A stretch of 64,000 nucleotides of DNA from Longimicrobiales bacterium (lineage in GTDB: Bacteria; Gemmatimonadota; Gemmatimonadetes; Longimicrobiales; Gaopeijiaceae). The position numbers were made by a program, and so were the translations under genes. The DNA lies in assembly GCA_965238005.1 (NCBI GenBank), contig OZ250165.1, positions 160,001 to 224,000 of the forward strand, in the 5' to 3' direction. Under the pieces are notes generated by a model. The model worked only from the letters and a program-made list of their open reading frames with translations. It was not told the DNA's origin and ran no database searches. Position 1 is the stretch's first letter; each line of letters opens with the position of its first letter. Positions 59,380-64,000 of the stretch are shown piece after piece.

Positions 59380-60486
59380 CTACCTCATCTTGCGATCCAA
59401 GTGTACCGCGATCCCGGTGCGGAACACAGGCCCCTGTAAGGATACGATCCTTGCCGAAGACGTCTGGCTCTCCGTCGCCACCACCCGGAGCCGGCCCACC
59501 ACCTCCTCGGTCGAGCCGTCACCCTCGAATGCGACGTACTCGTCGCCGATTTCCACCCCGTGCTCCCCACCTTTGTCTAGAATAGCGACATCGCTAAGGC
59601 CGTACAGGGCGTGACTGCCACCGAACTCGACGACGAGAGCACTGGTGCGGCTCGTCACAACGTCCGGATACTGGCCCGCCTCCAGGTCGAAGTCCGGTGC
59701 CGGCCGGACCAAGTCACCCGACAGCACCCGCTCGAAGGGCTGTAGCACCACACCCTCGGTACCCCCGCCATCGGCTCTGGTGATGTACAGCACCCCTGTG
59801 GGACGGATGATGGAGCCCACGCCCACGACGGTCCGCACGGGCCGGAAGATCTGGAGGGCGTCGCCCACGGCGACGCGGAGGCCGTCGTCGAGGGAGAGAC
59901 GGACGCGCGTGTACGGAAGGGCGGTGCGGAGCTCACCCTGTGCGATGAACGACTCGATCTCCCCGTCGGACTCGACGTCGTCGGTGTTCTCGGGCCCCAG
60001 CCACTCGGCCGACCATACCGACGCCCGACTCACGAACAGGTAGTCGGCCTCCTCGAGCCCTCGAACACCCGTTGAGGTCATCGGATCACGGTAGAAGACG
60101 GATCGCCGGTCCCGCTCGCTGATCGTCTCCTCGGCCTCTGCGCCGCCCGGCGGGGCATCCGGGGCCTGCGGACGTGCCGCAACGACCTCCACGCCCCCTA
60201 CGATCGCAGGCTCGTCCGCGGCGATCGCAGGCTCGTCCGCGGCGATTCCGGGAATCACGAACTCCTGGTCCGGCCAGATGAGGTTCGGGTCCCCGATCTG
60301 GGACCGATTCGCCTCGTAGATGCGTGGCCACTGGAACGGATCCTCGTAATAGCGCTGGGCCAGGGCCCAGAGGGTCTCTCCAGCCACAACCACGTGCGTC
60401 CGGGAAGCGGTCTGTGCGGGCTGCTGCGCAACCGCAAAACCGGGGAAAATTGACAAGGCCAGCACGGCTATGGCGGACCGGACCAT
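59380..60486 (-). CDS. Exported LysM peptidoglycan-binding protein (TsaP-like architecture)
   Basis: Signal peptide; HVVVAGETLWALAQRYYEDPFQWPRIYEAN...DPNLIWP LysM; beta-rich C-terminus (LDKG..HGVEIGD). Confidence 0.85.
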   Translation of the reverse strand: MVRSAIAVLALSIFPGFAVAQQPAQTASRTHVVVAGETLWALAQRYYEDPFQWPRIYEANRSQIGDPNLIWPDQEFVIPGIAADEPAIAADEPAIVGGVEVVAARPQAPDAPPGGAEAEETISERDRRSVFYRDPMTSTGVRGLEEADYLFVSRASVWSAEWLGPENTDDVESDGEIESFIAQGELRTALPYTRVRLSLDDGLRVAVGDALQIFRPVRTVVGVGSIIRPTGVLYITRADGGGTEGVVLQPFERVLSGDLVRPAPDFDLEAGQYPDVVTSRTSALVVEFGGSHALYGLSDVAILDKGGEHGVEIGDEYVAFEGDGSTEEVVGRLRVVATESQTSSARIVSLQGPVFRTGIAVHLDRKMR

Positions 60487-60540
60487 GATCGCTTCCTTTT
60501 CCAGATGGGACAGGACTTTACGCTCCACTGTCCATGCTCG

Positions 60541-60570
60541 AAGATAGGCCGATACGGCCCTGGTGGTCAA
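60541..60570 (-). promoter_or_regulatory. Sigma70-type promoter for the LysM-hem-tol operon
   Basis: Minus strand TTGACC-18 nt-TATCTT, same geometry as the promoter at 39205-39234. Confidence 0.5.
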
Positions 60571-60613
60571 CGCGTTTTTTATCATTCGACTACAAACGTT
60601 TCCACAGAGATGC

Positions 60614-61102
60614 TCAGGAAGCGTCGTCATCTCCACCCGATCCCAGTGTCGCTTTGAGCACGCGCGCGTCCTCCCGGGGCCGCTCGTAGTACGCCTTCCG
60701 CACCCCGATCTCCTCGAAGCCACGACCCCTGTAGAGACGCAGGGCACCCTCATTCGACTCGCGAACCTCGAGGTAGAGATTCCGCACTCCAGCCTTCTCC
60801 GCCACACCCAGCATCCAATCGAGAAGCTCGGAGCCGATCCCCCGCCCCCTCAGGTCGGCGCGCACCGCGATGTTCGCCAGCTCCCCCTCCTCGATGATGC
60901 ACCAGAGGATTGCGTACGCAGCCACTTCCCCGTCCACCTCGGCGACCCAGAGCTCCGCGCCCGGTCGCTCCAGGAGTGAGTGGAAGGTGTTTTCCTTCCA
61001 GGGGGTGCTGAAGGTGGACGCCTCCATGCCGGCCACGGCGGACACGTCGCCGGCGGCCATGGGCCGCATGGTTGGACGGCGTATGGCGTCGCTCCCACTC
61101 AC
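60614..61102 (-). CDS. rimI: Ribosomal-protein-alanine N-acetyltransferase RimI
   Basis: NIAV...RGRGIG, LEVRESNEGA..LY...GF...G.RKAYY..P.EDA. Confidence 0.93.
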   Translation of the reverse strand: MSGSDAIRRPTMRPMAAGDVSAVAGMEASTFSTPWKENTFHSLLERPGAELWVAEVDGEVAAYAILWCIIEEGELANIAVRADLRGRGIGSELLDWMLGVAEKAGVRNLYLEVRESNEGALRLYRGRGFEEIGVRKAYYERPREDARVLKATLGSGGDDDAS

Positions 61103-61863
61103 AGTGACGACCCGGAGATGCGCTCCGCGGAGGACGGCCGGAGATACTCGGGCCCCCAACGGGCCACATCGGCGACGGGAGCTCGCTCGGGTCCATTCCT
61201 CAGAACCGTGAGAAGCCCATCCCCCGTGGGCATTCCCAGGGGCGGCGGGAGCACCGGAAAGCCTGCGCCACGGATCTCGTCCGCGTGGCGGTCGGCCCCG
61301 TCGCCGCCGAAGATGGAGAAGGGCACGCTATCCGAGAGGATCTCTCCGATGGTCGTCGAATGAGGCGGGATGAGCTCCTCGAGCCCCTGCTCGGTGGGTA
61401 GATAGCACGCGGCGTACACGCGGTCGCTCCTGGCGTCGAAGAGGATGTAGCGGGGCCACGTCCGTTCGTCGTCGGAAAGCTCGGCCCGGGGCTCGTCGGA
61501 GAGGGGGACCCAGGGTGCGTCCACGGCCGCAGCCCCCGCCTCCAGCGACGAGACGGCCCAAAGGGGGACGTCGAGGGCCTGAGCCAGCCCCTTGGCCGTG
61601 GCCGCCGCCACGCGGACCCCGGTGAAGGAGCCGGGCCCCGACCCAACCACGAGGCCGGACAGCTCCCCCAGGTCCACCCCTCCCCCCTCGAGCGTCTCTT
61701 GGATCTTGGGTATCAGATCCGACGAGTGGGCGCCCTGCCTTCTCAGCGCGCTCCGTGCCAGAACATCCGTGCCGGCACCCACGGCTACCGAGCCCAGGGG
61801 CGTAGACGTGTCGAAGGCCAAGTAGAAGCCTTGCGTCGATCGAGGGGAGATGGTGTCGCTCAT
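61099..61863 (-). CDS. tsaB: tRNA threonylcarbamoyladenosine biosynthesis protein TsaB
   Basis: LAFDTST, HSSDL, GPGSFTGVRV, KGLA, DAR, PEYLR. Confidence 0.94.
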   Translation of the reverse strand: MSDTISPRSTQGFYLAFDTSTPLGSVAVGAGTDVLARSALRRQGAHSSDLIPKIQETLEGGGVDLGELSGLVVGSGPGSFTGVRVAAATAKGLAQALDVPLWAVSSLEAGAAAVDAPWVPLSDEPRAELSDDERTWPRYILFDARSDRVYAACYLPTEQGLEELIPPHSTTIGEILSDSVPFSIFGGDGADRHADEIRGAGFPVLPPPLGMPTGDGLLTVLRNGPERAPVADVARWGPEYLRPSSAERISGSSL

Positions 61864-62317
61864 GCGCTCAGCGAGACCGGAAAGCCGGGAAGGTGGGGTG
61901 GGCGACCGACACGATACACCTCGACGGTGCGGGTGTCCGGGTCCCCGTCGACGCGATCCAGTGCGACCTCCCAGCGATCGGGGGGGAGCAGCTCCTCGGC
62001 CCGCTCCGGCCACTCCACCAGGACGAGCTCGTCAGGCGCTCCCAACTCCTGCCAACCCAGCTCCCAGAGCTCCTCCGGCCCGGAGAGGCGGTACAGGTCC
62101 AGATGCACGACCTGGAGTCCCCGGGGCACCGGATAGCGGAAAACGAGGTTGAAGGTCGGAGAAGGGATCGGCCCTTCCACACCGGCCCCCCTGGCGATGG
62201 CGCGAGCCAGGACCGACTTACCAGCTCCCAGCGGCCCCCGGAGCAGCACGAACATCGGGGAGTGTACCTCGGCACCTATGACTTCGCCCCAACGGACCAG
62301 CTCCACCTCGCTGAGAT

Positions 62318-62321
<4 letters not shown>
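61860..62321 (-). CDS. tsaE: tRNA threonylcarbamoyladenosine biosynthesis ATPase TsaE
   Basis: GPLGAGKS, SPTF, HLDLYRL, VEWPE. Confidence 0.95.

Positions 62322-64000
<1,679 letters not shown>

Overview
GC-rich chromosomal backbone. Gene content and protein sequences suggest Gemmatimonadota (inference, not a database result). About 55 CDSs, nearly all on the minus strand in long, often translationally coupled operons: uvrB-tsaE-tsaB-rimI; LysM-ccsA/hemX-like-hemA-epimerase-tolQRAB-pal-cpoB-nrdR-tatC-lptD; lipoprotein-TPR-ispB-DUF4321-tatA; TPR-aroQ-efp-accBC-comB-ftsK-lolA-rimO-hemL; OMP-Gfo/Idh/MocA-DUF4105-lnt; rpmE-prfA-prmC-ylbF-pgsA-ino1-tmk-ctpA; ansA-CMD-obgE-dprA-hemW-hrcA-dnaJ-prmA; yqeY-mutS2-dnaG-Zn-ribbon-recJ. 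Only a SurA/PpiD gene and one hypothetical gene are on the plus strand. I found no rRNA, tRNA, CRISPR array, prophage or transposase. Points of interest: (1) a DUF4105/Lnb-type acyltransferase gene is translationally coupled to an intact canonical lnt, downstream of a Gfo/Idh/MocA protein with altered catalytic motifs; (2) two families of intergenic MITE-like elements (9 copies or remnants) have different terminal inverted repeats but share a structured core (GNA-triloop hairpin, tandem G·A stem), sit at stop codons or in 5' leaders, and occur in collapsed size variants; (3) dnaG is split at a (CG)4 tract with an ATGA overlap; (4) a perfect (GAA)25 tract encodes poly-Glu; (5) a candidate L31 leader hairpin, a sigma54-type promoter before an orphan FN3 lipoprotein, and an ino1-pgsA inositol-lipid module.
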